Notes: generated by a model from the letters alone, not told the origin. 64,000 nt of DNA from an uncultured Gemmatimonadales bacterium (GCA_963816355.1 CAWFKH010000006.1:352001-416000); one strand, 5' to 3'. Positions 20,884 to 31,937 are shown, counted from the stretch's first letter. A program made the numbers and translations.

Positions 20884-21968
20884 AGACGCGCGTCCCGCTC
20901 CACCTCCGGCAGCGCGCCGGACACGCGCCGCGTCACGCCGCGCAGCGTAGCCGGATCCTCCAGCAGCCCGATTCCCTCGAGATCCGCCAGCGCCGGGTCC
21001 GCCAGGCGCACCTCGCCCGCCACCACGACCAGCGCGACATCCGCCGCGCTGGCCTCCAGCAGCGGCCGCCGCAGCACGACGAGGTCGGCAGCGGCACCGA
21101 CTTCGAGCGTCGGCGGCGGGAGCCGGAGTCGCCGCGCGGCGGTGGCGCCGACGGCGCCGGCGATGCGATCGTCGTCGATCAGGGCGAGCCGGCGCGCCGC
21201 GCGGATCTCGTCCAGCAGGTCGCCCTCCGCGGTGAGCAGCGAGTCGCTTCCCACGAGCACGTCGATGCCCGCCGCGACCAGCGCCGGCGGCAGCGTGCGG
21301 CCGAAGAGGAAGAGGTTCGACGTCGGGCACCAGACGACGCCGGCACCGGCGCGGCGGAGGCGGCCGACGCCGTCGTCGTCCACGCCGACGGCGTGTACCG
21401 CGAGCAGACGCTCGTCGAGCAGGCCGAGCCGGTCGAGCTGGCGCACCTCCTCGGCGGCCGCGCCGTCCACGCCCTCGGCCAGATGGATGCAGAGCGGCGT
21501 GGCCGGCGGCGGCGAGCCGGAGGGGGCGGCGTCCGCGCGGGCGCGGCGCACGCCGGCGTCGTCGAAGCCGAGCGAGTGGACGGTGCGGCAGCGCGCGACG
21601 CGCAGCGGGAAGTCGCGCTCGAAGGCGGGCTCCCACGGGTCGTGGTGCACGACGGTGGTGACACCGGCGAAGAGGTTCTTCCACGCGCCCAGCCGGAGCG
21701 CTTCGCCGCGGGGCAGCCGCCCCCCGCGCTCGATCTCGGCGGCGCGGCGCGCGTGGATGTCGCGACCCCACGCGTAGGCGTCCGGGTACGGCGGGTCGCC
21801 CAGGCGGCCGTAGTGGTTGCGGTGGAGGTGGTCGTGGGCGTTGATCAGCCCGGGCCGCAGCTCACCGTCCGGCACGCGGATCACGCGGTCGAACATGCCG
21901 GCCGCTTCCACGATACGGCCTCCCTGGATGCCGACGCTGGCGTTCCGCGCGTCGACGCGGAGTCTCAC
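20835..21968 (-). CDS. Metal-dependent amidohydrolase/deaminase
   Basis: PGLINAHDH, GVTTV, IHLAEG, VHAV, WCPTSN, GSDS, ADLVV. Confidence 0.88.
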   Translation of the reverse strand: MRLRVDARNASVGIQGGRIVEAAGMFDRVIRVPDGELRPGLINAHDHLHRNHYGRLGDPPYPDAYAWGRDIHARRAAEIERGGRLPRGEALRLGAWKNLFAGVTTVVHHDPWEPAFERDFPLRVARCRTVHSLGFDDAGVRRARADAAPSGSPPPATPLCIHLAEGVDGAAAEEVRQLDRLGLLDERLLAVHAVGVDDDGVGRLRRAGAGVVWCPTSNLFLFGRTLPPALVAAGIDVLVGSDSLLTAEGDLLDEIRAARRLALIDDDRIAGAVGATAARRLRLPPPTLEVGAAADLVVLRRPLLEASAADVALVVVAGEVRLADPALADLEGIGLLEDPATLRGVTRRVSGALPEVERDARLQRRAAPRSSVQPRRA

Positions 21969-22756
21969 GGCACGCTCGGACGGCGCTCGGGCGGGGCGCC
22001 GTCGCGCTCGACCGCGCCGCGCCGCCTGTAGACGAGGCCGAGCACGAGCGGCAGGCCGTGGTCGGCGTCGTAGCGGTCGAGCTTGCCCGCCTGCGCATAC
22101 AGGTGGCGGACGGCGGGTCCGACGGCCGCGTCGCGCCGTCCGGCGGGCTCGAGGCCAGCGCGCGCGGCGGCGGCGTGGTGCGCGGCCGCGTCGTGCACGT
22201 GGTGCTCGACCGCGTGCAGCGCGCCGTCCGCGGCGCGGAAGGTCCGGGCGTGGCCGGCGGCTGCCGCGGCCGGGTGGAAGTCCGAGACGACCACCGCTCC
22301 ACGCGGCCGGCAGACGCGCGCCAGCTCGGCGTAGGCGTCCTCGAGCGACGGCAGGTGGCCGAGCACGAGGCGGCACCAGACGAGGTCGAAGCTCGCGGCG
22401 GCGAAGGGGAGCGCCCGCACGTCGGCGGCGGCGAGGTGGCGGACGCGACGTTCGCGGGGGCGTCGTGCCGGCGCACCGCCGAGCGCCGTCGTCGCGAGGG
22501 AAGGTGCGAACGCGGCGGCGGCGTGGAAGCCGTGCGCGAGCATCTCCGGCACGAGGTCGACGCCGGTGCGGAGCTGGGCGTCGGTGACGGCGTCGAGGCG
22601 GCGGCCGGTGCCGCACCCCGCGTCGAGGAGGCGCCGGCCGCGCGTGCGGGGCGAGAGCTTGGCGACGAGGAGGTCGTCGAGCGCGCTGACGACGGTTTCG
22701 CCGGCGTAGCTGGGTGCCCACAGCCGGTAGGCGGCGCGGGCGGGGAGGGTGCTCAC
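21965..22756 (-). CDS. Class I SAM methyltransferase (BioC-like)
   Basis: AYRLWAPSY, LLDAGCGTG, SFDLV, SDFHP. GTGA overlaps. Confidence 0.88.
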   Translation of the reverse strand: MSTLPARAAYRLWAPSYAGETVVSALDDLLVAKLSPRTRGRRLLDAGCGTGRRLDAVTDAQLRTGVDLVPEMLAHGFHAAAAFAPSLATTALGGAPARRPRERRVRHLAAADVRALPFAAASFDLVWCRLVLGHLPSLEDAYAELARVCRPRGAVVVSDFHPAAAAAGHARTFRAADGALHAVEHHVHDAAAHHAAAARAGLEPAGRRDAAVGPAVRHLYAQAGKLDRYDADHGLPLVLGLVYRRRGAVERDGAPPERRPSVP

Positions 22757-24267
22757 GAGGCGGCGGGCGCGGGCGGACGCAGGTGGCCGTAGGCCTGGCG
22801 GTCGTCGGGCGACGTCGTCGCCCAGCGTCGCACGGCGCGCAGCACGCGCGGGTCGCGGAAGCGGCCGCGGTCCCAGCGGCGGCGGGCGAGGACGCGGCCG
22901 AGCGCCTTGCCCCAGGGGCGCGTGCGCCGGTCGTGGACGGAGGGGAAGCGGCTCTTCAGCACGATCTCGAAGTCGTCGACGCGGCGCTTGAGGTCCCGGT
23001 CGAGCCACGGCACGTCGGGGTCCTCGTGCGTCATCCACGCCACCCAACGCGGCTCCGTCCACTCCTCCAGCGTGTCCGGCGTGCCGGCGAGCGGGTCGAC
23101 ATCACCGTAAGTCCCGCGCCGCTGCGGCGTGGGCGTGTAGAAGTAGCGGATCAGCTCCATCTCGGGGTTGACGTCCTTCAGCCTGCGGATGAACGCCAGC
23201 GTCGTCTCGATCCCGCCGCGCGGGTCTTCCGGGTCGCCGAAGACGAAGGAGAACTCCGGGATGATGCCGTGCTCGCGCGTGCGCGCGGCGACTTCGAGCG
23301 TCTGCGCCGTCGTGAGCTTCTTGTTCATGCGCCGCAGGATCTCGTCGGAGCCGGACTCGGCGCCGAAGAAGATCATGCGGAGGCCGGCGCGGCGGAGCGT
23401 GCGCCACGTGGCGTCCGAGAAGCGGAGCATCGCGTCGATGCGCGCCTCGCACCACCAGGAGAGGCCGAGCGGGGTGATGCGTTCGGCGAGCTCGACGGCG
23501 TGGTCTTCGCGCAGGAAGAAGTTGTTGTCGTAGAAGTGGACGCCGTCCATTCCGTGGTGGCGGACGAGGTGGCCGAGGTGCGCGGCGGTGCGCGCGGGCG
23601 ACTCCTGCTTCTCGCGGCTGCCGAAGACGGAGATGACGCCGCAGAACTTGCAGCCGTAGGGGCAGCCGATCGACGCCTGGTAGACGCCGCTGCGCCGGCC
23701 GAGGAAGGTGGGGTGCAGGTAGTCGTCGACCGGGATCTTGTGGTAGGCGGGCGGCGGCAGCTCGTCGGGGCCCACCCACGGCCGTTCCGGCGGCAGCCGC
23801 AGCGAGCCGTCGGCGCGGCGGAAGCCGAGGCCCGCCACGGTCTCCGGATCGCGTTGCCCGTCGAGCACTTCGAGCAGCTCGACGAAGGTGCGTTCGCCCT
23901 GGCCGCGGACGATCCAGTCGACGTACGGCGCGTTCAGCACCGGCGCCGGATAGATGCTCGGGAAGTTGCCGCCCCACACGACCGCGACGCCGGGGAAGCG
24001 CGCCTTCAGCCGCTTCGCGAGAGGGACGGCGCTCACGAGCTGCGGTCCGGGCATGACGCTGAACGCGACGACGCGCACCGGGTCGCGGCCGCCGCGCCGC
24101 GCTTCGATGCGCTCCGCCAGCTCCGTGAGCGGGTCGCTGTCGGGGCGGTTGCCGTCGACGATCTCCCATTCCACGCCGTCCGGCAGCGCGGCGCCCACCG
24201 CCATGATGGAGAGCGGGAAACGACGGTTGGCGGGGCGCGTGGCGCGCGGGTTCACGAAAAGGATCAT
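22753..24267 (-). CDS. Cobalamin-binding radical SAM enzyme
   Basis: N-terminal B12 domain (PLS, WGGNFPS, GQGE), CPYGCKFC, FYDNNF, GAESGS. Confidence 0.92.
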   Translation of the reverse strand: MILFVNPRATRPANRRFPLSIMAVGAALPDGVEWEIVDGNRPDSDPLTELAERIEARRGGRDPVRVVAFSVMPGPQLVSAVPLAKRLKARFPGVAVVWGGNFPSIYPAPVLNAPYVDWIVRGQGERTFVELLEVLDGQRDPETVAGLGFRRADGSLRLPPERPWVGPDELPPPAYHKIPVDDYLHPTFLGRRSGVYQASIGCPYGCKFCGVISVFGSREKQESPARTAAHLGHLVRHHGMDGVHFYDNNFFLREDHAVELAERITPLGLSWWCEARIDAMLRFSDATWRTLRRAGLRMIFFGAESGSDEILRRMNKKLTTAQTLEVAARTREHGIIPEFSFVFGDPEDPRGGIETTLAFIRRLKDVNPEMELIRYFYTPTPQRRGTYGDVDPLAGTPDTLEEWTEPRWVAWMTHEDPDVPWLDRDLKRRVDDFEIVLKSRFPSVHDRRTRPWGKALGRVLARRRWDRGRFRDPRVLRAVRRWATTSPDDRQAYGHLRPPAPAAS

Positions 24268-25088
24268 GGCAGCGTGCACTCCAAGAGGTCGAAGCGGGAT
24301 GGCGGCCGCCGCCCGCGCAGCCGCGCGAGAAGCGGGCGGATCTCATAGCGCAGCGGATAGCGCACGCGGTGGTGACGCCAGCGCAGGCCGTGCGGCGTCG
24401 AAGCGGCGCGCAGCCGCTCCCGCGTCAGGTATTCGATGAACGGCAGCGCCGTCAGGTCAGCCGCCCACGGCCCGAAGCGCTGCGGCGCACGGGCGCGCTT
24501 CTCCGCCACCATCGCCTGGCCGTGCGCGGCGCGGCGGTAGAACGGCGAATCGAGGATCGCGATGCGGCCGCCGCTGCGCACGCTTCGCACGGCTTCCGCC
24601 AGCGTCGCGTCCAGGTCGAGCGCGTAGTGGAGCGACGCGTTGAACACGGCCACGTCGAAGCGTCGCTCGCGCAGCGGCAGCGCGTCGAAGGAGGCGACGA
24701 CGCGGGGGAAGCGGCGCCGCAGCACGGCGGCGTACGCGGCCGCGGCACCGAGGCCGTCGACGACGTCGTCGCGGATGTCCAGCGCGAGCGTCTCGTGTCC
24801 CAGCCGCGCGAGGCGGTGGCACAGCCAGCCGTTGCCGGCGCCGAGGTCGAGCACGCGCAGCGGTCGCGCCGCCGAGCCCGCCGCCAGCGGCCGCACGACG
24901 ACCTCCATGAAGCGCTCGAACGTCCGCGCCCGCACGCGCCACTGCGCCGCCAGCGGACCGCTCCGGATGTAGGGCAGCGCGAGGAGCTCGGCGACGCCGC
25001 CGGCGCCGCGGCCTTCCGTCGCGCGGTGGCGGCCGTAGGCGGCGCGGAAGCGCGTGAGCGCGGCGGCGTCGGGTGCGTGGGCGCTCAT
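24264..25088 (-). CDS. Class I SAM methyltransferase
   Basis: VLDLGAGNGW, FDVAVFNASLHY. ATGA overlaps. Confidence 0.88.
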   Translation of the reverse strand: MSAHAPDAAALTRFRAAYGRHRATEGRGAGGVAELLALPYIRSGPLAAQWRVRARTFERFMEVVVRPLAAGSAARPLRVLDLGAGNGWLCHRLARLGHETLALDIRDDVVDGLGAAAAYAAVLRRRFPRVVASFDALPLRERRFDVAVFNASLHYALDLDATLAEAVRSVRSGGRIAILDSPFYRRAAHGQAMVAEKRARAPQRFGPWAADLTALPFIEYLTRERLRAASTPHGLRWRHHRVRYPLRYEIRPLLARLRGRRPPSRFDLLECTLP

Positions 25089-25939
25089 GCCACGCTCCTC
25101 GCGTTGCGGACCAGCGTGTAGAGGACGTGGTCGCCGAGGGGCGCGAGGAGGCCGGCGGTCGCGCGGTCCAGGCGCTCGAGCACGCCGAGCAGCCGCGGGT
25201 GCGACGAGATCCACGGCTCCGCCCCGCTGGGCGGGACGAACACCCCCACGCCCGTCGCGCGCTCGAGCCGGAACCACGGCGCGAACGCCTCCGCGACATC
25301 GCGGCGGCGATGATAGCGAACGGAGAAGTCGCGGCCGCCCACGCGGGCGGGCATGGCGCCGCGGGAGAGGCGACGGACCGCCGCGCGAGGCTCCCCGCGC
25401 GCGAGCTGCACCACCACCTCTCCCGGCGGCATCGTTCCGAAGAAGACCAGCAGCGCGGGCGCGCCCGGCCGCAGCAGCCTCGCCGTTCCGCGCGCGACCG
25501 GCGCCAGGTCGCTCACGCAGTTGAGCGCGGCGAAATTGGAGAATGCGCCGTCGAAGAGCGTGCCGGCGCCGTCGTCGAAGCGCGCGTCCTCGATGGCGAC
25601 GGCGTCGAGCCGCTCCGCCGAGGCGACGCGGGCCGCCGCGCGCGCGCCGAAGCGGCGCAGCTTCTCGCCCGCGACGGCGACCATCGCCGGCGCCGGATCG
25701 GTGAGCAGCACGCGGCGGCCCCGGTCCGCCAGCCACACCGCGTCCTCGCCGGTCCCGCCGCCGATCTCGAGCACGCGTGCGTCGCGCGGGAAGGCGGCGA
25801 GGAGCGCGGCGCGCACCGCCCGGCGCTGCGCCGCGACGCTGAGCCAGGCGCCGAAGCGGCGGTCGAAGTCGGCGGCGATCGCGTCGAAGGCGGCTGCGGG
25901 CGGCGCCAGCCGATCCGACCCGGCGGCGAAGGTGCTCAT
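25085..25939 (-). CDS. Class I SAM methyltransferase
   Basis: AFDAIAADFD, VLEIGGGTGED, FDGAFSNFAALN. Confidence 0.88.
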   Translation of the reverse strand: MSTFAAGSDRLAPPAAAFDAIAADFDRRFGAWLSVAAQRRAVRAALLAAFPRDARVLEIGGGTGEDAVWLADRGRRVLLTDPAPAMVAVAGEKLRRFGARAAARVASAERLDAVAIEDARFDDGAGTLFDGAFSNFAALNCVSDLAPVARGTARLLRPGAPALLVFFGTMPPGEVVVQLARGEPRAAVRRLSRGAMPARVGGRDFSVRYHRRRDVAEAFAPWFRLERATGVGVFVPPSGAEPWISSHPRLLGVLERLDRATAGLLAPLGDHVLYTLVRNARSVA

Positions 25940-27525
25940 CCGACGGCGACGCGGGTGGCGCGCGGCGAACGGTGCCGCGCCTCCTCGGCGGCGAGGCGGG
26001 ACCAGCGGGCGTCGAGCACGGCCCTCGGCGGGCCGTCGGCGCGTGCCTCGTCGTGGAGCAGCGTGCGGACGCGCCGATAGAACGGCGTCGTGTAGGTGCC
26101 GTGGAAGAGCATGGCGAGGTCGTCCGTGTCGGCCCAGTTGCGCTTCACGCCCAGCTCTTCGGCGACCCTCTCGTGGAAGCGCGTGCCCGGCAGGGGGTAG
26201 GCGACCGAGACGCCGACGTCGTCCGGCCGCTCCTCGCGCAGCAGGTCTCGCGTCTGCACGATCTCCGGCCAGCCTTCGCCCGGATAGCCGAGCTGGATGA
26301 ACCAGCACGCGCGGACGCCGTGCGCCTTCAGCGTGCGCGTGGCGTCGCGCGCCTGCTGCACGGTCGAGCCCTTCTCCATCGCGTCGAGAACCGCCTGCGA
26401 GCCGGACTCGACGCCCATCCAGACCTCTTCGGCGCCCGCCGCGGCCAGCGCGGCGACCGCCGCCGGCCGCATCAGGTTCACCCGCGACTGGATCATGAAC
26501 GGGATCCGCGCGCCCCGCCGCCGCACCTCCTCGCCGAACGCCTCGATCCAGGCGGGCGTGAGGCCGAAGATGTCGTCGGCGAACCAGACGTGGTCCGGCG
26601 CCACCTCGCGACGCAGCCGCGCCAGCTCCTCCGCCACGCTCGCCGGCGAGCGCTGCGAGTAGCGGCGGCCGAAGACCGGCTTCGCGCACCAGTTGCAGCC
26701 GTAGGGGCAGCCGCGCGACGTCACGACGTTCCAGGAGAGGCGCCCGTGCGCTCGCGTCCACGCCGTGCGATACGCCTCCACGTCGACCAGGTCCCAGGCC
26801 GGGAAGGGCAGCGCGTCCAGGTCCTGCTCCGCTGTCCGCGCCGGCGTCCGCCGCACGCCGCTCGCGCCGCCGGCACCGGCCCCGTTCAGGGCCAGGACGG
26901 GGAGGCGTCCGGACCGGGCGGCCGCATCTCCGGTGTGGTCCGACCGGCCGCTCCCGGCGCCGCCGCGTCGCGCCGGCGGAACGGCGCGCGCCGCCGGCAG
27001 CGCGAGCCCGGCGACGTCGCCCAGCGCGTCGCCGCTGGCGAGCCAGCGCTCCGCCACCTCCGCGAACGCGCGCTCCGCCTCGCCGAGGATGACGGCGTCG
27101 GCTCCCGCCTCGAGGTAGATCTCCGGCCGGTCGACGGCATCCGAGCCGTTCACCGCGACCCGGCACCCGCGCTCGTGCGCCGCCCGCACCATCGCGAGCG
27201 TGGCCTCGCGCATGCGGAGGGTGCACATCTTCGTCAGGAAGTTGAAATTGTCCTCGAGTATCCCCACGACCGCCGGCCGCTCGCGCTCCAGCGCGGCGGT
27301 GAAGGCGTCGACGTCGGCGGCGAGCATCGCGTCGAAGAAGGCGATGTCGTGTCCGCGCTCGCGCAGCAGCGCCGCGGCGAGCAGGGTCGCCAGCGGCGGA
27401 TACGGCTTCATCTTCTCCACCTGCTTCGCGTCGAGGCGGAGAAAGTACGAATGAGCGAGGAGGATCTTGCGCGTGGACGGCAACGGGCGCCTCCCGGCGT
27501 CTCGGTTCGGGATCGGCTCTGACAC
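25936..27525 (-). CDS. Cobalamin-binding radical SAM enzyme
   Basis: KPYPPLATL, GEAE, SRGCPYGCNWC, FADDIF, GVESGSQ. GTG start 7 nt after a promoter motif. Confidence 0.9.
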   Translation of the reverse strand: MSEPIPNRDAGRRPLPSTRKILLAHSYFLRLDAKQVEKMKPYPPLATLLAAALLRERGHDIAFFDAMLAADVDAFTAALERERPAVVGILEDNFNFLTKMCTLRMREATLAMVRAAHERGCRVAVNGSDAVDRPEIYLEAGADAVILGEAERAFAEVAERWLASGDALGDVAGLALPAARAVPPARRGGAGSGRSDHTGDAAARSGRLPVLALNGAGAGGASGVRRTPARTAEQDLDALPFPAWDLVDVEAYRTAWTRAHGRLSWNVVTSRGCPYGCNWCAKPVFGRRYSQRSPASVAEELARLRREVAPDHVWFADDIFGLTPAWIEAFGEEVRRRGARIPFMIQSRVNLMRPAAVAALAAAGAEEVWMGVESGSQAVLDAMEKGSTVQQARDATRTLKAHGVRACWFIQLGYPGEGWPEIVQTRDLLREERPDDVGVSVAYPLPGTRFHERVAEELGVKRNWADTDDLAMLFHGTYTTPFYRRVRTLLHDEARADGPPRAVLDARWSRLAAEEARHRSPRATRVAVG

Positions 27526-28567
27526 GTCGACTAATTCATCGGATGCGCCGGCCGGTTCCGCGCCCGGTCGGATCACGCTGCCGATCCTCGGCATCGCCGT
27601 CCGCTTCGAGGTCGCGGATGCCGCCCTCGCGGCGGCGGTCGAGGCGGCGTACGGCGCCTGGCGCGGCGTGGGCGTCGACGCCGCCGACGCGGCGCCCCTC
27701 GTCACGATCCGCGTCGCGCCGCAAGCGGCCGTCGCCACGCGGCCGGCCGCCGCGGTGGGCGCGCCGGCCGCGCCGGCCGAGGCGCCGCGCATCCGGGCGT
27801 GGAACGAGCGGCTCACGCTCGACGGCGAGGGCGTTCGGGCGGCGGCCGATGCGCGCCGCCGCCGCGCGTGGTGCCGCGTCGATCCGGCGCTCGCCGCCGA
27901 CGGCCGACGCCTGCGCTCGGAAGCGCTCGACACGCTGCTGCTCTTCCTCCTCACGCGCCTCGACCGACAGCCGCTCCACGCCGCGTGCGTCGCGCTCGGC
28001 GACGTCGCCGCCGTGCTCGCCGGGCCGCCGGGCGCGGGCAAGAGCACCCTCGCCTGGGAGGCCGCGCGCGCCGGGCTGCGCGTGGTCAGCGAGGATGCGG
28101 TCTACATCCAGCTCGAGCCCCGCTTGCGCGTGTGGGGCTGGCCCGGCGCGATCCATCTCGCGCCAGCCGACGCCGAACGGCTGCCGGAGTCGGCGATGGC
28201 GCCGCTGCGTATCCGGGGCGGCCGCTGGAAGCACGCGCTCGACTCCGCCGCGCTCGCGCCCGCGTACGCGGAGCGCGCGCTGCTCTTCGTGCTGCGCCCC
28301 GGCGCGGATCGGGCGGCCGCCTCGCCGCTGCCGGTGGAGCGCGCCGTCCGGGAGCTCGCGACGTCGCTGGAGCCTGGATTCGACGTCTTCCGTCGCACGC
28401 TGCCGGCGGCGATCCGCGCGCTCGCAGCGGGGGGCTGCCATCGGCTGGCCTTGAGCGGGGAGGGCGCGGCGGCGATCGAGGTGGTGAGGGCGGTGATCGA
28501 GTCCGGCGGCGCGGGCGGCGCGGGCGGCGAGGCGGGCGAGGCCAGCGACGCAGGCGGGGGTGGCTGA
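27473..28567 (+). CDS. HPr-kinase-related P-loop protein (start uncertain)
   Basis: LHAACV, GPPGAGKSTL, VVSEDAV: the HprK-like His, Walker A and acidic pair pattern. Confidence 0.75.
   Translation: MDGNGRLPASRFGIGSDTSTNSSDAPAGSAPGRITLPILGIAVRFEVADAALAAAVEAAYGAWRGVGVDAADAAPLVTIRVAPQAAVATRPAAAVGAPAAPAEAPRIRAWNERLTLDGEGVRAAADARRRRAWCRVDPALAADGRRLRSEALDTLLLFLLTRLDRQPLHAACVALGDVAAVLAGPPGAGKSTLAWEAARAGLRVVSEDAVYIQLEPRLRVWGWPGAIHLAPADAERLPESAMAPLRIRGGRWKHALDSAALAPAYAERALLFVLRPGADRAAASPLPVERAVRELATSLEPGFDVFRRTLPAAIRALAAGGCHRLALSGEGAAAIEVVRAVIESGGAGGAGGEAGEASDAGGGG
27533..27559 (-). promoter_or_regulatory. Putative ECF promoter GGAAC-N19-ATT
   Basis: Immediately upstream of the radical SAM operon; probably leaderless. 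Confidence 0.55.
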
Positions 28568-28569
28568 AG

Positions 28570-30080
28570 TCAGGGGTGGAGGCGCAACCCGACCTCGGCG
28601 GACGCGGCGCTCCAGCCGGCGCCTCTCTCGCCGCGGTAGCGGGCGTAGGCTTCCAGGTCGCGTCCGGGGCGCCACGCCACGCCCGCCTCGCCGCCGAGGC
28701 TTCGCCCCTCGTGGACCGGCGCGTAGAGGTTCTCGGGACCGCGCCGGCGGCGGAAGACGACGGCGTCGACGCGCAGCGTCGCGGCGGCGAGGTCGGCGTC
28801 GCCGTAGAGGCGCCATTCCGTGCCGTTGCCGCCGAGCGGGTTGCCGAGGGGCGCGCGCTCGTCCATCCACGGCAGGGCGGAGTGACGGTACCACGGTGGG
28901 TTGCCGCAGCAGTGGCGGGCGAATCCGGTGTACTGGAGGCCCAGCGCTAGCGCCGGGGCGCCGGGCACGGCCGCGATCCGCGCGCCCGCGATGACGCCGG
29001 GCACGTGGAAGTACGAGAGCCCCATGTCGTCGAATCCCCACTCGCCGTAGAGCAGGAGCGGCAAGCTCGCGAGCGGAGGACGCCACCGCGCCTCGACCGA
29101 TGCGACCTGGTTTTCCGTCTCACCGTGCGCGCCGCCGCCCAGTCCGAGAAGCAGCGTCGGAATCTCGCCGATCGTGAGGCCGCTGTTTCCTTCGCCGCCG
29201 AACGCCGCGGCGCGCGTCGCGGCGATCCGCAGGCGCGCGTGCGGCCGGATGGAGACGCGTAGCGCCCAGAACCACGGGTGCGCCACAGCCGCCCGCGGCG
29301 TGCAGTCGCGCGGCGAACGTCTCGGCTCTCACGGGGCCGAGCGTGCGCAGGAAGGCGGGGAGGTGGACGTCGTCGGCGAGGAAGAGGCCGGCGCCGTCGA
29401 ACGGCGTCGAGCCCGAGAGCACCACGGAGCCGCCGGACGCGGCGCCGTAGTCGATCGGACGGCGGCCCGCCCACAGCCCGAGCCACCCCACCCGGCCGGC
29501 CAGGTACGCCACGTCCAGCCCGGCGTGCTCTCGGGTCCACTCGCCCGCCGCCTCCGCCACGCCACCCTCCGGGAGGCGCACTGCCGCGCCGCCGGCGACG
29601 AAGGGGAGGGAAGCGGCGGGCACCGGTGCCGGCGCCACGCGGAGCGCGTCGCGGTCGTAGCCGGCGAGGAGCGTCCCGCGCCGCGTCCGGGCACCGACCG
29701 CGACCCGCGCGAGGTAGAGCGGCGCGCGCGCGGCCGGGGCGTCCGCGCCCGCCGGGGGCCGAGCGCCCCCGTCCCCGTGGCCGAGCTCTTCGCGCAGGCG
29801 GTCCGCGTAGGCCGAGGCGAGGCGGCGCGCGGGCGGCGCCGACGCTTCTTCGGCGGCGGCCGCGAATGCGCGCTCCGCCTCTTCCACGGTGATCGAACCC
29901 GCGCCGGGGTCGATGCCGCCCGGAAATCGCGCCCATTGCGTCGAGCCGTGCAAGTGCGCGCAGCGCCCAATGGCCGCGCGGCAGGAACGGCGCCGCGGCC
30001 GCCTGTCCCAAGGCCGCGCCGGCGCAGGAGAGCGTCAGGAGCACGGCGGCGATCCCGACGCCGAAGCCGCGGCGCATCAT
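28570..30080 (-). CDS. Capsule assembly Wzi-family outer membrane protein, two +1 frameshifts (~29925, ~29287)
   Basis: Three frame segments join: signal peptide + HWALRALARL; GRRPIDYG..SVVLS; ENQVAS..YGEWGFDD..PLG. Confidence 0.7.
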
Positions 30081-31928
30081 CCGCCGCCCGCAGCGGCCGC
30101 GTCTGCCTCCGCGGCGACCGCGGCGGCGCGCCCGCCGCCGTTCGTAACCGCCTCTCGCGCCTCCGCCGCGGCCGCTTCGATCGCAGCCACCCGACGTTCG
30201 GCGCCGTCTGCCGACACCTCGCGGACGCGGCCGTCCGCGACCTCGTAGACACGATCCGCGATCGCGGCGAGCGGCCCGTGGTGCGTCGCCAGGACGATGG
30301 TCGCGCGGCCGCGCAGGCCGTCGATCGCGCGCGCGACCTCCGCCGCGGTCCGCGCATCCAGCTCCGCCGTCGCTTCGTCGAGAAGCAGCACGTGGGGTTC
30401 CCGGGCGAGCGCCCGGGCGAGCGCGACGCGGCGCCGCTCGCCTCCGGAAAGCAGGTCGCCGCGCTCCCCGATCGGTGCGCCGGCCCCTCCGCGGACGCGC
30501 GCGATGTCGGCCGCCGCGGCCGCCTCGAGCGCGCGCTCGACCCGCTCCGCGGCGGCCGGCTCACCGCACGCGACGTTGGCCGCGATCGAGTCGTCGAGCA
30601 GACGGTCGTCCTGCGGCACGTAGCCGATGCCGCTCCGCCACGCGCGCATGTCGAGCGCGGCGAGCGCGACGCCGCCGACGCGTATCTCGCCCACTTCGAC
30701 CGGGACGAGCCCGGCCACCACGTCGAGCAGCGTCGTCTTGCCCGCGCCGGAACGGCCGACGAGCGCCGTGATCGAGCCGGCGGGCGCGGTGAGCGTGACG
30801 CGGTCGAGGACTTCGCGGCCCCGGCGTCGCACACAGACCTCATGCAGCTCGATCGTGGGTGGAGCGTCGGGCGGCGGCGACGGTGCCGGCGGCGCGTTCG
30901 GCGGCCGCGTCGGCGTCGCCGATCTCGCGCGACAGCGAGCGCAGGGCGGACGCGGATGCGCCCGCCGCCTGATACTCCGACTGCACGGCCTGGAAGCGCG
31001 ACGCCATGCGCTGCAGCAGCAGCGCCAGGAGCAGCAACTCGGGGAGGTGCAGTCCGCCCCACTCGACGGCCGCGTAGATGCCGGTGGCGATGAGCGCCGC
31101 CACGAGCGGCTCCTGGAAGGAGCGCAGACCCTCTGCGGCGCGGACCTGCGCGCGCTCGGCCCTGCGCAGCGCGGCCGCCTCGCGCTCGATCGTCGGCAGG
31201 AACGCGGCCTCGCGGCCCATCGCCTTGATCGGCTTGAGCGCGTTCAGCACGTCCAGCGTGCGCGCCAGCAGGCGACGTCCGCGCCGCACCTGCGCCGCGC
31301 CGGCGCGGTGGCTCGCGCCGACCCAGCCCGCGAGCGCGACGCCGAGGGCGAGCGTGGCGACGAGCGTGGCGAGGCCGAGCTTCCATGAGACCACGACGAC
31401 GAGGGACGCGTAGACCCCGAGCTGGATCGCGCCCGCGAGCGCGGCGCACGCGTCGCGGTAGGCGTACGCGGCCCACTGCGCCTCGCGGATCAGGGCCGAG
31501 GCGAGGTGGCCGGAAGGTCGCTCTTCGAGGTAGCCCCACCGCGCTCCGAGGAGTCCGCGCACGAGCCGCAGGCGGAAGCGCTCCGCCGTCTCCGCGACGA
31601 CGGCGCCGACGTGCGCCATGGCCACCCAGCGCAACAGCGCCTTCGTGGCGAGCGCGACGGCGATCGCCGCCAGCAGGACGCCGAGCGTCGGCGGCAGGCC
31701 GAGCGCGCGCAGTCCATTCAGGATCGCGCGGCCGGGGCCCGAGTCGGCGCCGTCACCCACCAGCGCCTGCAGGGCGGGAAGCAGCGCGGCCAGCCCGACG
31801 CCTTCCGCCACGCCCGCGAGCGCCAGCAGCCCGACGAGCAGTGCCGTGCGGAACGGGTGCTCCGCGATCAGCGGGCGCAGGCCGCGCCAGAGCACGCGGC
31901 GGGTCGGGTCGGATCGCCTGCAGGTCAT
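30077..31928 (-). CDS. Fused TMD-NBD ABC exporter (MsbA/PglK-like), +1 frameshift near 30880
   Basis: TMD frame continues in the next frame as PPPDAPPTIELHEV. GRSGAGKT, LSGGERRR, LLLDEAT. Confidence 0.82.
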
Positions 31929-31937
31929 CGCCCGACG

